In this document: positions 36,051 through 51,496 of the stretch, one piece after another
Position numbering within the stretch: position 1 is the stretch's first letter
Layout of the letters: the number at the start of each line of letters is the position of its first letter
NCBI GenBank assembly: GCA_009914755.4
Contig: CP068257.2
Coordinates: 41,952,001-42,016,000, forward strand
DNA from: the human T2T-CHM13v2.0 reference genome, Homo sapiens
Reading direction: 5' to 3'
Length of the DNA stretch: 64,000 nt
The notes under the pieces: model-generated
What the model was told of the DNA's origin: nothing
The model's database searches: none
The model's input: only the letters and a program-made list of their open reading frames with translations
Translations under genes and position numbers: made by a program

Positions 36051-36407
36051 CTTGAAAACAAGGGTTTGAACTGCACAGGTCCACTTACACAAGAATTTTC
36101 TTCAGTAAAAGTTACACCAAGTGTGTCTGCTGCTCCAGCCTCCCCTTCCACCTCCTCCACCTCTACCACCCTTTAGACAGCAATGCCAACCCAACCACTC
36201 CTCTTCCTCCTCCTCTTCAGCCTACTCAATTTGAAGATGATGAGGGGGAAGACCTTCATGATGATCTAACATACAAAAAATGTGTTAATCAACGATTTAT
36301 GTTGTCAGTAAGGCTTCCAGCCAACAGTAGAGAGAGTCAAAAGTTCTATGTGGCTTTTCGACTGTGCAGGGGGTCAGCGCCTCCAACCTCCATGTTGCTC
36401 AAGGTTC

Positions 36408-36480
36408 TGCATCTATATGTATGTGTGTGTGTGTGTATGTATAAACACACACACACATCTACATACATGTATATATGTTA
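36408..36480. repeat. (TG)n/(TA)n/(CA)n compound microsatellite
   Basis: tctatatgtatgtgtgtgtgtgtgtatgtataaacacacacacacatctacatacatgtatatatg. Confidence 0.85.
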
Positions 36481-36815
36481 GATAACACAATATTCAATAA
36501 ATACTATATTAACCATGAGATAATATATATAAAAGCACTTTTGATCTTCTTAAACACATGTAAAGTATTAATACTGAAGTGGTAATATGTCCACATATAC
36601 CACAAGGTCTCCTGGAGAGAAGGGATCTTATTTCATTCCCTTTGCATCAGGTTACAATGAACCATATACGATAAGTATTCAATAACTAGCTGATGAGTGA
36701 ACAAAAGAAAATGGAAAGATATGGACTTAGTCTTTAAATGCCTTAATAAGCTATATGCTCTAATTTACACAAGCAGTAATCAACAATATCTGGAGAGCCC
36801 ACTGACCATACTTAC

Positions 36816-36965
36816 TCCTCCCAAAATGGCCTTGACGACTTCCTCACTGCTGGAGACACCCCACAAGAGGGTACACGCTGCTGCTCCCATTTCTGTACAA
36901 TACTCTGCCTGCTGCAGGAGTTGCTGCTTCGCTTCATTCAACTGCTGTCGAAGAGCCAGTTTCTC
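36816..36965 (-). CDS. HSF2BP: HSF2BP coding exon 4: EKLALRQQLNEAKQQLLQQAEYCTEMGAAACTLLWGVSSSEEVVKAILGG
   Basis: A 150-nt exon in phase 0. The acceptor is gcttttag|GAG AAA and the donor is GGA GGA|GTAAGT. The translation continues the protein exactly. Confidence 0.92.
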
Positions 36966-39165
36966 CTAAAAGCAAAACAAAATTGAAAAATAAATAATAG
37001 CATTCAACCTTGATATATCTTTATTACATTTCCTCTTTCACAAAGATATTTATTAAAGAAATGCATGTATAATTATAGAAAATAGTTGCAAATGAAAGCT
37101 AGTCCTAAGAGAACCATAATCTGTATCTACAAAAGAAATTTCAAAGGCAAAAATATTTGAGAAATATCTGAGGAAAGAACATACTACCACATTATGGTTG
37201 ATAAACCCACAGAGCTGAATTCATCTGCTTTAAGTAACTACATGAAATATCTCAAGCCCCAAGTAACTATACCCAGAACCAGCACCAACCGAGGCTTCTG
37301 AACAAAAACAACCTCACAAAGCAATTTACCCAGAAAGCAACATTTCTAAGACAGGAGACTGCCTCCTCCAAATGGCTCACTCCATTGAAAAAACGCCATC
37401 TGCCAGAGGCAGACACCAAATAAAAGGCACTTGGACATCAGGATTTGTAAAAAAACAAGTACTTTAGAAAAACTCATCCTGTATAAACGTATCCTTAACT
37501 CCTCATGAGAATATTGCCAAAGGTGCCAGTAAATATAAAATACAATCTGTGAAGCTAAACAGGGAAAGAAAACCTAAAACCTAAGACCAGGTAGGAAAGA
37601 TGGGAGGAGGGGCAAAAAGAAGTGTGAAGGCTGGGAGTCCTATTCATGCCCTGGTGCAGCAAGCCAGTGCCAGTCTAAGAAGAAGATGGAGGCTAGGAAG
37701 AGTTTCCTACTCTCCCACCAGCAGTGTCTGAGGTGACCTGTAGCTGGGCAAGTCTCCACCATGGCACTCTTCACAAGGGAAACACAGGGAATGGCCGTCC
37801 TGATGGCCCTCCTGACAACACAAGCACACTTCGAGGATTCACCTTGAGTGTACTGCTAGAGTGATGGGGGGCTTCCTGTCCTCTCCAACCACCAGCACCA
37901 GGTACCTGAAATTCCCTTAAAAGGTGATAGCATTTCCTGATTTAATAAGACAAAAACTGAAAAATATAAAACCCCAGTTAAATTCATTTATACCAAATGT
38001 AATTAGTTACATAAACCACAAAATTAAAGTATATTAAATGCTGTAGATTTTCTTTTAGAGAGATAAATACAAGACAAAGTAGAGGGGGCTTTTCACCCCC
38101 TGGAGGAAAAAGGGAGCTTTGGAGCCACAAATCAAAACTGTTGACCTCATAACTTGGATTAGGGTGGCCCACTCATAGTTACCTGGAGACAATGCGTTTG
38201 GCACACAGAGATTCATACACATTCATACGTATATGCACACATGTATTTAAGAAAAAAATGGCCACTGAGCCTCTGGCACATGCTAATACTGCATCATGTG
38301 ATCTGTCAGCTCCGGGTTTTTAATGTCTTCATTATAGCAACAATCTGGACTCCTAGATTCATCCTTTCAGTGTACGTAGCTGAACACAAGTCATGGTGAC
38401 ACATGAAGAAAACTATGTCACAGCACTTCCTTTTGGAATTCTAGCTTTTCTCACAACTTAAGCTGTCTGCATCTCAATTAGTCAGGATATGGTGGTTCTT
38501 CTGCACGACCACAAAAAGACTACTGAGAAGAACCAGGAAGGACTTTGCTCACTACAGTCACATTTGGTAGTTGCAGGAGGATATTCCCCAACGCAGGGTT
38601 CCACACATAGTATAATAATATCAAAAAAAAAACAAACAAACCTCAAAGAAAATCATAGCATTCCCAGTAACATCAAAAATAAGAATAATTTTTTAAGGTG
38701 CAAGACCTATACAATGAAAACTACAAAGCATTACTGAGAGAAAGTAGAGCTAAATAAAGAGATACACCATGTTCAAAAATTGGCAGGATGTCAATTCTTC
38801 CCAAACTGATCTACAGATTCAACACAATCCCTATCAAAATCTCAGCAGACTTCTGTACAAAGTGATAATCTGATTCTAAAATTTCTATGGAAATTCAAGA
38901 CAGAATATCTAAAAAATTGTCTGAAAAAGAAGAACAATGTTAGAAGACTAACAGTGCCTGATTTAGAGGAAAAAACTAACTATAAACCTACCGAAATAGA
39001 ACCATTGTGGTATTGCTATAAGGATGGACATATAGATCAGTGAAACACTGACATGTCAACTGATTTTAACAAAGGTGCCAATGCAATTCAATGGAAAAAG
39101 GATAGTCTTTTCAACAACTGATGCTAAAACAACCGAATATTCATATGCAAAAAAAAAATAATTCA

Positions 39166-39735
<570 letters not shown>

Positions 39736-39737
39736 AA

Positions 39738-39820
39738 AGAAAAAAAAGAAAGAAAAGAAAAGAAAAGAAAAGAAAAGAAAAGAAAAGAAAAGAAAAGAAA
39801 AGAAAAGAAAAGAAAAAACG
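39738..39820. repeat. (GAAAA)n microsatellite of about 15 units
   Basis: The run gaaaagaaaagaaaag... follows an Alu tail. Confidence 0.9.
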
Positions 39821-40164
39821 AAGGGGAAAAAAAGAGAATCATAAACATAAATGTAAAATTTCTCAAAAAAATCGTTATGACCATAGGTTAGGCAAATATT
39901 TCTTAGATATCACAAAATCATGACCTATTAAAAAATAATAATAAAGTAAGTTTCATCAAAACTTAAAAGTTCTACTCTTCAAAAGATACCTTATAAAGAA
40001 AGTAAAAAGACACGCCACAGGCTAAGAGAAAGTACTTCTAATCACATATCTAAAAAAGGACTTGTGTCCAGATTAAAGAATTCTTACACATCAATAAGAC
40101 AACCCAATTAAAAATGGGCAAAAGATTTGAAGAGATATTTAACCAAAGAAAACATATAAATGTG

Positions 40165-40458
<294 letters not shown>

Positions 40459-40549
40459 GAAATAAAGAAAAATGAAAACATACGACCGCAGAAAAACCTG
40501 TACACAAATGTTTATAGTGGCATTATTCATAACAGTCAAAAACTGGAAC

Positions 40550-40689
40550 AGGACGAGCGAAGTGGCTCACGCCTATAATCCCAGCACTTTGGAAGGCCAA
40601 GGCGGGCAGATCACTTGGGGCCAGGAGTTCGAGACCAGCCTGGCCAACATGGCGAAACCCTGCATCTATAAAATAAAAAAGAAAAAAAG
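40550..40689 (+). mobile_element. Alu left monomer (FLAM-like) inserted into an L1
   Basis: ggacgagcgaagtggctcacgcctataatcccagcactttggaaggccaaggcgggcagatcacttggggccaggagttcgagaccagcctggccaacatggcgaaaccctgcatctat. The TSD is aaaactggaac. Confidence 0.8.
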
Positions 40690-41032
40690 AAAACTGGAAA
40701 CAATCTAAATGCCCATCAACTGGTGAATGGATGAAGAAAATGTGATATATCCATCCAATGGAATATTGTTTTGCAATAAAAAAGAATAAATGATGTATGC
40801 TATAACACAAATAAACCTTCAAAACATTATGCCAGACACAGAAGACTACATATTATACACATATTATATAATTCTGTTCCTACAAAATATTCAGAAAAGG
40901 AAATCTAAAGAGACAGAAAGATCAGTGTTTGCCTGGGGCTGTGCAAGAGAGCAGGGACTAATTGCAACAGATATGTGATGGAAATGTTCTAAAAGTTGAT
41001 TGGACAAAATCCAACACTCAGTAATTATAAAA

Positions 41033-41060
41033 ATAAATAAATAAATAAATAAATAAAAAT
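41033..41060. repeat. (AAAT)n at an L1 3' end
   Basis: aaataaataaataaataaataaataaaaa. Confidence 0.85.
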
Positions 41061-41066
41061 TCTCAG

Positions 41067-41365
41067 TCAGGCCCAGTGGCTCATGCCTGTAATCCCAGCA
41101 TTTTAAGGAACCAAGGTGGGAGGTTCACTTGACAAGAGAGAGAACTTGGAGACCAGCCTTGGCAACACAGCAAGACCCTATCTCTACAAAAACTTAAAAA
41201 AAAAAAAAATTAGCTGTATGGTGGCATATGCCTATAGACTCAGGAGGTTCAGGCAATTGGATCCTTTGGGCCCAGGAGTTCAAGGCTGCAGTGAGCTTTG
41301 ATCACACTACTGCACTCCAGCCTGGGCTACAGAGTGAGGCCCTGTCTCTGGAAAAAAAAAAAAGA
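41067..41365 (+). mobile_element. Alu (divergent, AluJ-like)
   Basis: Starts caggcccagtggctcatgcctgtaatcccagcattttaaggaacc... and ends ...cagcctgggctacagagtgaggccctgtctc. Confidence 0.85.
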
Positions 41366-41697
41366 AAGAAAAAAGGAACTCAGCAAACTAGGAATAGAGG
41401 GGAACCTTCTCAATTTTATAAACGCATCTGCAAAAACCTACAGCTAAAATCATAATTAACGCTGAAAGATTGAATACTTTCCCCTGAGATCAGGAACAAG
41501 GCAAAGATATCCACTCTCACCACTCTTATTCAGCACAGTGCTGTAGTGCTGGAAGGCCTGGCTACGCAAGAAGGAAAGAGGAAGAAATAAAAGGTATACA
41601 AAGCAGAATGAAGAACTAGAACAGCCCCTATTTTCAGATGACATGATTGTCCATGTAGAAAATCTCAAGAAATCCATAAAAGAACTCCTAGAAGTCA

Positions 41698-42024
<327 letters not shown>

Positions 42025-43560
42025 TTAAAAAATGGAAACCAAAATTAAAAACACAATACCATTTACGGTTACTCCAAATAAAATTAAATACTTAGGTAAA
42101 AATCTAATACAAATGTGTATGCTGAAAATAATTAGGTAAAAATCTAACACAAATCTAGATGCTGAAAATAATTGTAAACTGCTGATGAAAGAAATTAAAG
42201 ACAACTTAAAGAAATGGAGAGACATGCTATGTTTATGAATTGAAAGATTCAACATAGTAAAGATATCAATTCTCTACAAACTGATCTACAAACGTACCAC
42301 AATTTCTATTAAAATTCCAGCAAGGTTTTTGTAGACATAAACAAGCTTACTCTAAAATTTATGCGGAAAAGCAAAGAAGCTAGAATAGTTAGGGCAACTC
42401 TGAAAAAGAGGAATGAAATGGGAAGAATCATTTTATCCAGTGTTAAGGCTTACTATGTCGCTACAGTAATCAGAATAATGTATTATTGGTGCAGGAACAG
42501 ATCAAAGTACCTGAGTAGAGAACCCACAACAGACCCAGGCCAGTATGACTGAATTTTGACAATGGTGCAAAAGCAATTCAATGAAGGAGAGAGAGTCTTT
42601 TTGAGAAACAGTGCTGAAGCAACTGGACAACGATAAGCCAAAGAAAAAAATATTAACTTGAACTTAATCCTCATACCTTCTACAAAAATTAACTCAAAAT
42701 GAATCATAGACTTAAATGTAAAATGTAAAACTATAAAACCATTAAGAAAAAAGAATGGGAGAAAATTGTGGTGACCTAGAGCTATGTGAAAAATTCTTAG
42801 ACATAACAACAAGAAAACAGTCTATAAAAGGAGAAATCAGTAAATTGGACTTCATTAAAATTTAAAACATTCGCTTTTTGAAAGAACCTGTGAAGATGAA
42901 AAGAGCAGCTACAGACTGGGAGAAAAGACTTGCAAAACATATACTCAGCAAAGGACTTCTATCTAGAATATATCAAGAGCTCAAACGCAAAAGTAAAAAA
43001 AGAAAAAATCCAATTAGAACATGGGTAAAAGACACGAAAAAAACATTTCATAAAAGAGAATACACAGACAGAAAATAAATGCATGAAATGATGCTCAACA
43101 TCATTAGCTGTTAGGGAAATGCAAATTAAAACCACAACAAACCTATCAAAATGACTAAAATTCAAAATAGAATAACACCAAATACTGGTTAGGACATGGA
43201 GAAAGTGAATCACTCATACATTTTGGTGGGACTCTAAAATGGTACAGACACTCTGGAAAACAATTTGGCAATTTCTTCCAAAACTAAATGTGCACTTACC
43301 ATACAACCCAGTAATTGTACTCTCGGGCATTTATCACACAAAAATAAAGACACACATTCACACAAAAACCTATACATGGATGTTACTAGTGTCTTTATCA
43401 GTAATAGAAAAAAAAACCGTAAGAACTATTCAAACTTCTTTCAGTGGAGGAATTACAACATATTGCAAACAAATTGCAACATATACATACCATGGAATAT
43501 GAGGCAATAAAAATATCTAACGATACATGCAACTTGGATGTATCTGAGTGAAAGTCAGTC

Positions 43561-43852
43561 TCTGCCAGGCACCCATGGCTCATGCCTGTAATCCCAGCAC
43601 TTTGGGAGGACAAGGCCAAAGGATCAACTGAGCCCAGGGGTTCAAGACCAGCCTGAGTAACATAGCGAACCTGTCTCTACAAAAAAAATTAAAAATTAGC
43701 TGGGCATGGTGACATGTGCCTGTGGACCTAGCTACTTGGGAGGCTGACATGGGAGGACTGCTTTGGCCCAGGAGGTCAAGGATGCTGTGAGCCATGATCC
43801 TGCCACTGCATGTCACTGCCTGGGTGACACAGTGAGACTCTGTCTCAAGGAA
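43561..43852 (+). mobile_element. Alu inserted into an L1
   Basis: ccaggcacccatggctcatgcctgtaatcccagcactttgggagg... with a TSD agtcagtc. Confidence 0.85.
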
Positions 43853-44599
43853 AAGTCAGTCGCAAAAGGTTATTCTACGTTATGACATTCTTGAGATAAC
43901 AAAATTAGAGATGGAAAATGTATTAGTGATTGCCAGGGGCAAGGCAGAGGGAATGGGGTGGATGTGGCTATAAAGGGGTAGCACCAAGGAGCCTTACGGC
44001 AATGGTACAGTTCCAAGTGTGGTGGTGGTTACATGAATCTACAAATGTCATAAAATTGCACAGAACTATGTACATACATGCACACACAAATGAGTACATA
44101 CAGAATTGATGAAATACAAAGAAGTCCAGGTGAAACTGGTGAAACCTGAAAGTTGTTAATTGTACCAATTCCAATTTCCTGGTTTTTATCTTCTACTATA
44201 GTTACGCAAGATATCACCACTAGGGAAAACCGGGTGAAGGGTATAGATAACTTCCCTGGACTTTTTGAAACTTCTAGTGAATCTATAAGTAAACACAAAA
44301 AAATTTTTTTGTTTCCAGTGGGATTGGACCAAAAAATTTTAACCAAAAAAAAAAAAGCTGTATAAATTTACTAAAAACTATCAAACTATACAATTACAAT
44401 GCAAAAAAATTTTTGTGGTACAAAATATACCTCAATAATGCTGTTTTAAAGAAACAATAATCAAACCCTGATATATTTTCCTGTTTAAAGGAATACTCAT
44501 ACATAACAGTTTATCAAGCACAAAACTCCCAAGATTTCCTCAATATCTTTCTGTAGTTCATTCTGTATTTTAGCTTAACTACAATTTTTCTTTTAAAAG

Positions 44600-44842
44600 T
44601 TTCTTGGCTCACTGCAAGCTCCGCCTCCCAGGTTCACGCCATTCTCCTGCCTCAGCCTCCCGAGTAGCTGGGACTACAGGCGCCCACCACCACGCCTGGC
44701 TAATTTTTTGTATTTTCTTTTTTTAGTAGAAACGGGGTTTCACCGTGTTAGCCAGAATGGTCTCGATCTCCTGACCTTATGATCCGCCCACCTCAGCCTC
44801 CCAAAGTGCTGGGATTACAGGCGTGAGCCACCGCGCCCGGCC
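44600..44842 (-). mobile_element. Alu (AluY-like), truncated at its 3' end
   Basis: ggctcactgcaagctccgcctcccaggttcacgccattctcctgcctcagcctcccgagtagctgggactacaggcgcccaccaccacgcctggctaatttt...gctgggattacaggcgtgagccaccgcgcccggcc. Confidence 0.9.
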
Positions 44843-45207
44843 AATATTCTCCAACAGTTGTGCCTTTACCAGGAAGCTGGGATCTTTTTCCTCTAAAGTT
44901 CAAACGTTGCTACTGCCAGGACTCTTTCCTGGCCCAGCCTCCTCACATCATAAGCAGGTATCAAGACCCAGTGCACCTCCTCCACTGACCCAACAAAATC
45001 TCTGTGGAGGAAACATCTCCACCATGGCCAGGAACAAAGTCTTCCTTGTTTGAGTAGCCTTTCTCTAGGGGTTCAGAAGCTGCTTGCTCATACATCACAC
45101 TTTATGATTTGGGTTCCATACTTTGTTTCTGACCTTTTCTTACATATTGAACTCAATAACTTCTGCCTTTTCCTAGTAATTTTTCACTCATACAGAAGTA
45201 CTTACTA

Positions 45208-45477
45208 GCAGCCAGGCACGGTGGCTCACGCCTGTAAACCCAGCACTTTGGGAGACCAAAGTGGATGGATCACCTGAGGTCAGGAGTTCAAGACCAGCCT
45301 GGCCAACATGGCGAAACCTCATCTCTACTAAAAATACAAAAATTAGCCAGGCATGGTGGCACGTGCCTGTAATCCCAGGTATCCAGGAGGTGGAGGTTGC
45401 AGTGAGCTGAGATTGTGCCACTGCACTCCAGCCTGGACGACAGAGCAAGACTCTGTCTCAAAAAAAAAAAAAAAAAA
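45208..45477 (+). mobile_element. Alu with an internal deletion
   Basis: gccaggcacggtggctcacgcctgtaaacccagcactttgggagacc... poly-A, with a TSD agtacttactagca. Confidence 0.85.
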
Positions 45478-45556
45478 GTACTTACTAGCAGTAATCTAAT
45501 TGAGGATCTAGTCTCTGGATTCTTTCCTGGGTCCTCAATTCTATAATAAGTTTCCA

Positions 45557-45930
45557 GGGCCAGGTGCAGTGGCCCATGCCTGTAATCCCAGCATTTTGGG
45601 AGGCCCAAAGCAGGAGGATCACTTGAGCCCAGGAGTTGAAGACCAACTTGGGCAACATAGTGAGACCCCATCTCTATAAAAAAATTTTAAAAATTGTTTT
45701 AAAAATTATACAATAGAATTGTTCTTGTAAAAAATAAAAATTAATTAATTAATTAAATTTAGCTGGATGTCATGGCACATCTCTGTAGTCCCAGCCACTC
45801 TGGAGGCCAAGGAGGAGGATCGCTTAAGCCCAGGAGGTCGAAGCTACTGCAACTATTATTGCACCACTGCACTCCAGCCTGGCAACAGAGCAACACCCTG
45901 TCTCAAAAAATAAATAAATAAATAAAATAA
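45557..45930 (+). mobile_element. Alu (old) with an expanded A/T-rich linker
   Basis: Left arm ggccaggtgcagtggcccatgcctgtaatcccagcattttgggaggcc..., right arm ...ccactgcactccagcctggcaacagagcaacaccctgtctcaaaaaataaataaataaataaa. Confidence 0.75.
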
Positions 45931-46032
45931 GTTTCTAGAGTCCCTCCTCATGATCCGTACAGGCCTCAACAGAGACTACAGCAAAGGCTACAGATAAGGC
46001 AGCTGCTAGAAGAGAAATGGCCTTGTTACAGC

Positions 46033-46167
46033 AACCTTGCAGGAGCTTTCCTCTGTATTCACCTTACAGGAGCTTCCCTCTGTATTCACCTTGCAGGAGC
46101 TTCCCTCTGCATTCACCTTGCAGGGGCTTCCCTCTGTATTCACCTTGCAGGGGCTTCCCTCTATATT
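46033..46167. repeat. Minisatellite of 5 x 27 bp (caccttgcaggagcttccctctgtatt)
   Basis: Five tandem copies carrying 1-3 substitutions each (gcagg/acagg, gag/ggg, gtatt/gcatt/atatt). Confidence 0.9.
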
Positions 46168-46268
46168 AAATTGGACTATTCAACAAGATTTTTAACTATA
46201 AATAGGGAATAGTTGGGTAAAATATTCCCACATTTTAAGGTCAAAGTTCCAGGGCAACAAAACCCTAG

Positions 46269-46553
<285 letters not shown>

Positions 46554-46805
46554 CTGTTAGTACTATTATCATCCAAAATAAAAATATATCCAGGCCCCAA
46601 ATTTTATAAAAAGTGTCAGAATAGTTCTAGTTCTATGGAAAAGGAAGTTATGCCACACAAAAAGTTAAACTAAGCAATTTTTAAGAAATATTAGTTTCTC
46701 TAATATTTATATAAAATATAACTGGCTAAAATGTAATAATCCCCAAATTAATTACATGTACTTCTGATTTAATACATCTATGTCCAACTATAAGATATTA
46801 TGTAC

Positions 46806-47570
<765 letters not shown>

Positions 47571-47831
47571 GATAATTATGAACCTTTATGTTGTAGGGCA
47601 GATTTTTAAACATAAAAGTTAAAAGATACCAAGTGAATGATCTACGTGTTAAATGGTTATAAAATCCATCTGTTCAACTACATTCCAACCCACTCAGAAT
47701 ACATACATTTACAAATACAATTTATTGAGGATTAAGAGTAAAAAATTCAGTCCCACTGCTTATCATAAGTGAAAGGCTGTAAGCCAGCCCCACTTTCTGG
47801 CTTGGTGAGAGTCTGTCCCTGAGCATGGTAC

Positions 47832-47935
47832 CTTCTTCTCTCTTATGTTGTCGGCCTGCACGGTTTCCAGGCGGGCTTTAAAGTGCTCACAATCCATTTT
47901 CAGCTGCTCTAATTCTTGCTCTTTCCTTTCCAGGT
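47832..47935 (-). CDS. HSF2BP: HSF2BP coding exon 3: (N)LERKEQELEQLKMDCEHFKARLETVQADNIREKK
   Basis: Reverse-complement translation gives NLERKEQELEQLKMDCEHFKARLETVQADNIREKK, contiguous with exon 2 in the correct phase. The acceptor is cctag|AC CTG and the donor is AAG|GTACCA. Length 104 nt. Confidence 0.92.
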
Positions 47936-48754
47936 CTAGGAGAAAGACATAAAATTACTCAAGATATTTCAAGTCACTAATCTCTCCCTAAGCATCTATT
48001 TTGCCCAGTCTTGACTTAGTAAAATGTGTACTGATTTCTTAGGTGAGAATATTTGCATTTCTTGACTTCTAGCCTGTCCTTGAATAACCAATATTCTAAC
48101 AGTCCTGTTCTCTAAGTTCATCTCAGTTTTTAGCCCACAGCACAAAGGACTTTGGTTGTTTTCTGTTTTGTGTTTTTAAGGTTTCACTTTACTGCCAGAC
48201 TAGTACTCAAGGCTTCAAGAAAACATGTTATTTAAAGGATGGAAGGCAGAGCTGAGAAGCCCGACTGTCTCATGGCACAGACTTGTCGCTACTCCATGAA
48301 AAGCAGAAGGCAGCTCAGGGAGTGCACGGCGCCAGCACAGGCTGATTCACAAAGCTAGTGTCACCCACTGGCAGACTGACTCAATGGGAACAACTGCAGT
48401 AGTAGGCACTGGAGGAGGGAAAGAACAGTGATAAAAATGAGAAAATGCTATAGTGAAAGAGTGGAAACTATGTAATACTTCCTCTCCACCGCACTCATTT
48501 AGTTGATGAGTCAACAACAGCCAACAAAAATCCCAAAAAAATCCACGTCAATAAATCAAGCAAAAGTACTATCAACTTTAAATTTAAAATTTTATGTTGC
48601 AGAAATACTGACACTCGAAAAAACAAATATATAATACAAATTTTTAAGTGTTTGATCTCAAAAGCTAGGAAATCATCAGTTTTTATGCCAACATATACCA
48701 AGATTTGAGGGTGCTAAGAGCTAATGGTCTAACTTCTTTGATTAAAGTAGCGAT

Positions 48755-48965
48755 GCTTTAGGACAATGATTCTCAAACTTTAGCGTACATCAGAATCCCT
48801 GGAGGACTTGATAATACAGAGTCGGCTGGGTTCCATCCACAGTTTCCAATTTGGAACGTCTGGGGTGAGCCTGAGAATTTACATTTCTAACAAGTTCCCA
48901 GATGAGACTCATGCTGCCTGTCTGGGACCCACACTTTGAGAACTACTTCTGGGCGATAACCTGGT
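48755..48965 (+). mobile_element. Old interspersed-repeat fragment of unassigned family
   Basis: It carries ...ttctcaaactttagcgtacatcagaatccctggaggacttg...gaatttacatttctaacaagttcccagatgagactcatgctgcctgtctgggacccacactttgagaac, a widely dispersed mammalian repeat consensus. Confidence 0.35.
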
Positions 48966-49575
48966 CTCTCATCACCAATAAAATAAAATGAACATGCAAC
49001 ACATGACCAGCAACAGCAAACAAGGGAACCCATCCACAGGAATGTGAAAAAGCAAAAAAATGGAGAGTAATGGAAGGCAGCTACCTAATATTTGTCACAT
49101 GAAGGAATTTCACTTCTTTACACATTCCCTCTCCTAATCCTTGAACTGAGAAAAACACAAGGCAACTCTGGTTATCTGTTTCATTCTTGTACTGTCACTT
49201 GCGATGAGTGAGAAAGCCTCAAAGAGCCAGGCGCCTGGAAAACGGAACATTACTCCACCCTAGAGGAGAAAAAGCTCACAGACACTTCCTCAACTATCTG
49301 CAAACAAACGAGAAGCGGGTAGGGCTTTCGAATCTAGGGGTCTGAGAGGACAAGAGGAAGCCAGAATAAGACACTTGTGGGGACTGCTTAGAACCACACG
49401 TGTATCCCCAAAGCTCTAAAGGAAATGTTAAAAAGGAAGGAAGAAAGCAAGCTAGTCTCTAAATTTTCTAGAGACCCCGTCCTAGAAGAAAAATTAGAAC
49501 CTAAAAGTAAATATTCAGACCAGCTAAACATCATAAAATTGGCTGGCAAAGCTTCTCATAAAATGCGTTTCTTAG

Positions 49576-49708
49576 GGGCCCGGCTCGGTGGCTTATGCCT
49601 GTGTAATTACAGCACTTTGGAAAGCTGAGGTGGGAGGATCACTTGAGGCCAGGAGTTCGAGACCAGCCAGGGTAAGACTCCCATCTCTTAAAAAAAAAAA
49701 AAAAAAAG
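49576..49708 (+). mobile_element. Alu left monomer (FLAM-like)
   Basis: gcccggctcggtggcttatgcctgtgtaattacagcactttggaaagctgaggtgggaggatcacttgaggccaggagttcgagaccagccagggtaagactcccatctc... poly-A. Confidence 0.8.
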
Positions 49709-50743
49709 TGGTTCTCAGAAATAGAGCAGAGTGCCTTTGGACTATTTCCTCTCCCTCAAATCACAGTTTCATTTTCTGCTCTTTTAAGAAATATTGTGCC
49801 ACAATGACTTTCACTGGAATTCTTGATTTTATCCTAATCCCAGCCAAAAAATCAACTAGGAAGCACTATGCTTTAAAAACTACATACTTGCATTATTTGT
49901 AACAAAGTTAAATGGAAATACATTATTTATACACATACACACTACAATCATATGAAATACCACCTATGGTCACAGACAAAAATGAACAAACTGAAAAACT
50001 GAGATGAAATTTGTGATTTAAAATTTTTTCTTTGCATTTAACTGTTAAATTTGGCTTCTACTATTAAACGGTATATTACTCAAACATGGTAAAAGAGACA
50101 GGAAATCTCTACAAGCCTTATCATGTGTAAAAACCTGTGGGAATTAACTTTGACCACCCAAAACGGCTCTCTTGCATTACGGTAATTTCATAATCACTTG
50201 TTCCAGACAGCTGTATGCAACCCTAGTGTAAGTTAACATACCAAAGGGACAGGGTTAAAACATCCCACTCTACGATAGGCAATCTCATAGAATTCCAGTC
50301 AGTCATCAGGGAGGCCACACCCATCTACGCCAGGCTCCTGGGGAGGTGACAAGTGCCCTTCTGCTGTATGAGGCCGCCACCTTGTGGCCAGATGGGAGCA
50401 TTGCTGCTGCCTCGGAACAGAACCCTGACCTTGCATTTTCAACTTGGCCCCACTGCATGCATGCTACCTAAAAGCACCCTGAAGGCAGGGATTTGCATAG
50501 GTTTTCTTCTATGCCCACCCTCCAAATGTCTATATGGAATATAGTAGGCAATACATAAATATTTGTCACATAAATTTATTTCACTTCTTTATACATTCCT
50601 TCTGCTAATCTTTGAACCAAGAAAAACACATGGCTACTTTATCTGTATGTCTCATTCTCATACAATAAGAATATATTACTTTTATATTTTTTTAAGCCCA
50701 GAGACAGAAATAATATGAACAGTGAATATTACAAACAACCTAA

Positions 50744-51072
<329 letters not shown>

Positions 51073-51253
51073 CCATAATCCTTTCTTAATACAGGTCTAA
51101 TAACATGAGAATGGCTGTGTCTCTTGATGCTCAATTTATTCACAGGGAGGGTACAGAAAGCTAGAAAGGAAAATAAGGGTTTCTAAAACACTAATCAAAG
51201 AAAACTGCACAAACGGCGTCAATTTATCTTACCATTTCTTTATCACCTGGTAT

Positions 51254-51496
51254 GTGAGGTCAGGAGTTCAAGAGCAGCCTAGACAACATGGCAAAACCCC
51301 ATCTCTACTAAAAATACAAAAATTAGCCCAGCGTGGTGGTACACGCCCATAGTCCCAGCTACTCGGGAGGCTGAGGTATGAGGACTGCTTGAACCTGGGA
51401 GGCGGAAGTTGCAGTGAGCCAAGATCACGCCAGTGCGCTCCAGCCTGGGCGACAGAGCAAGACTTCATCTCAAAAAAAAAAAAAAAAAAAAAAAAC
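51254..51496 (+). mobile_element. Alu, 5'-truncated
   Basis: gaggtcaggagttcaagagcagcctagacaacatggcaaaaccccatctctactaaaaatacaaaaattagcccagcgtggtggtacacgcc... with a long poly-A. Confidence 0.85.

Noticed and set aside
35276-36176. His/Thr/Pro-rich ORFs of 213-259 aa and Cys/Val-rich antisense ORFs
   Set aside because: This is the same artefact over the CACACGCTCCCACACA minisatellite.
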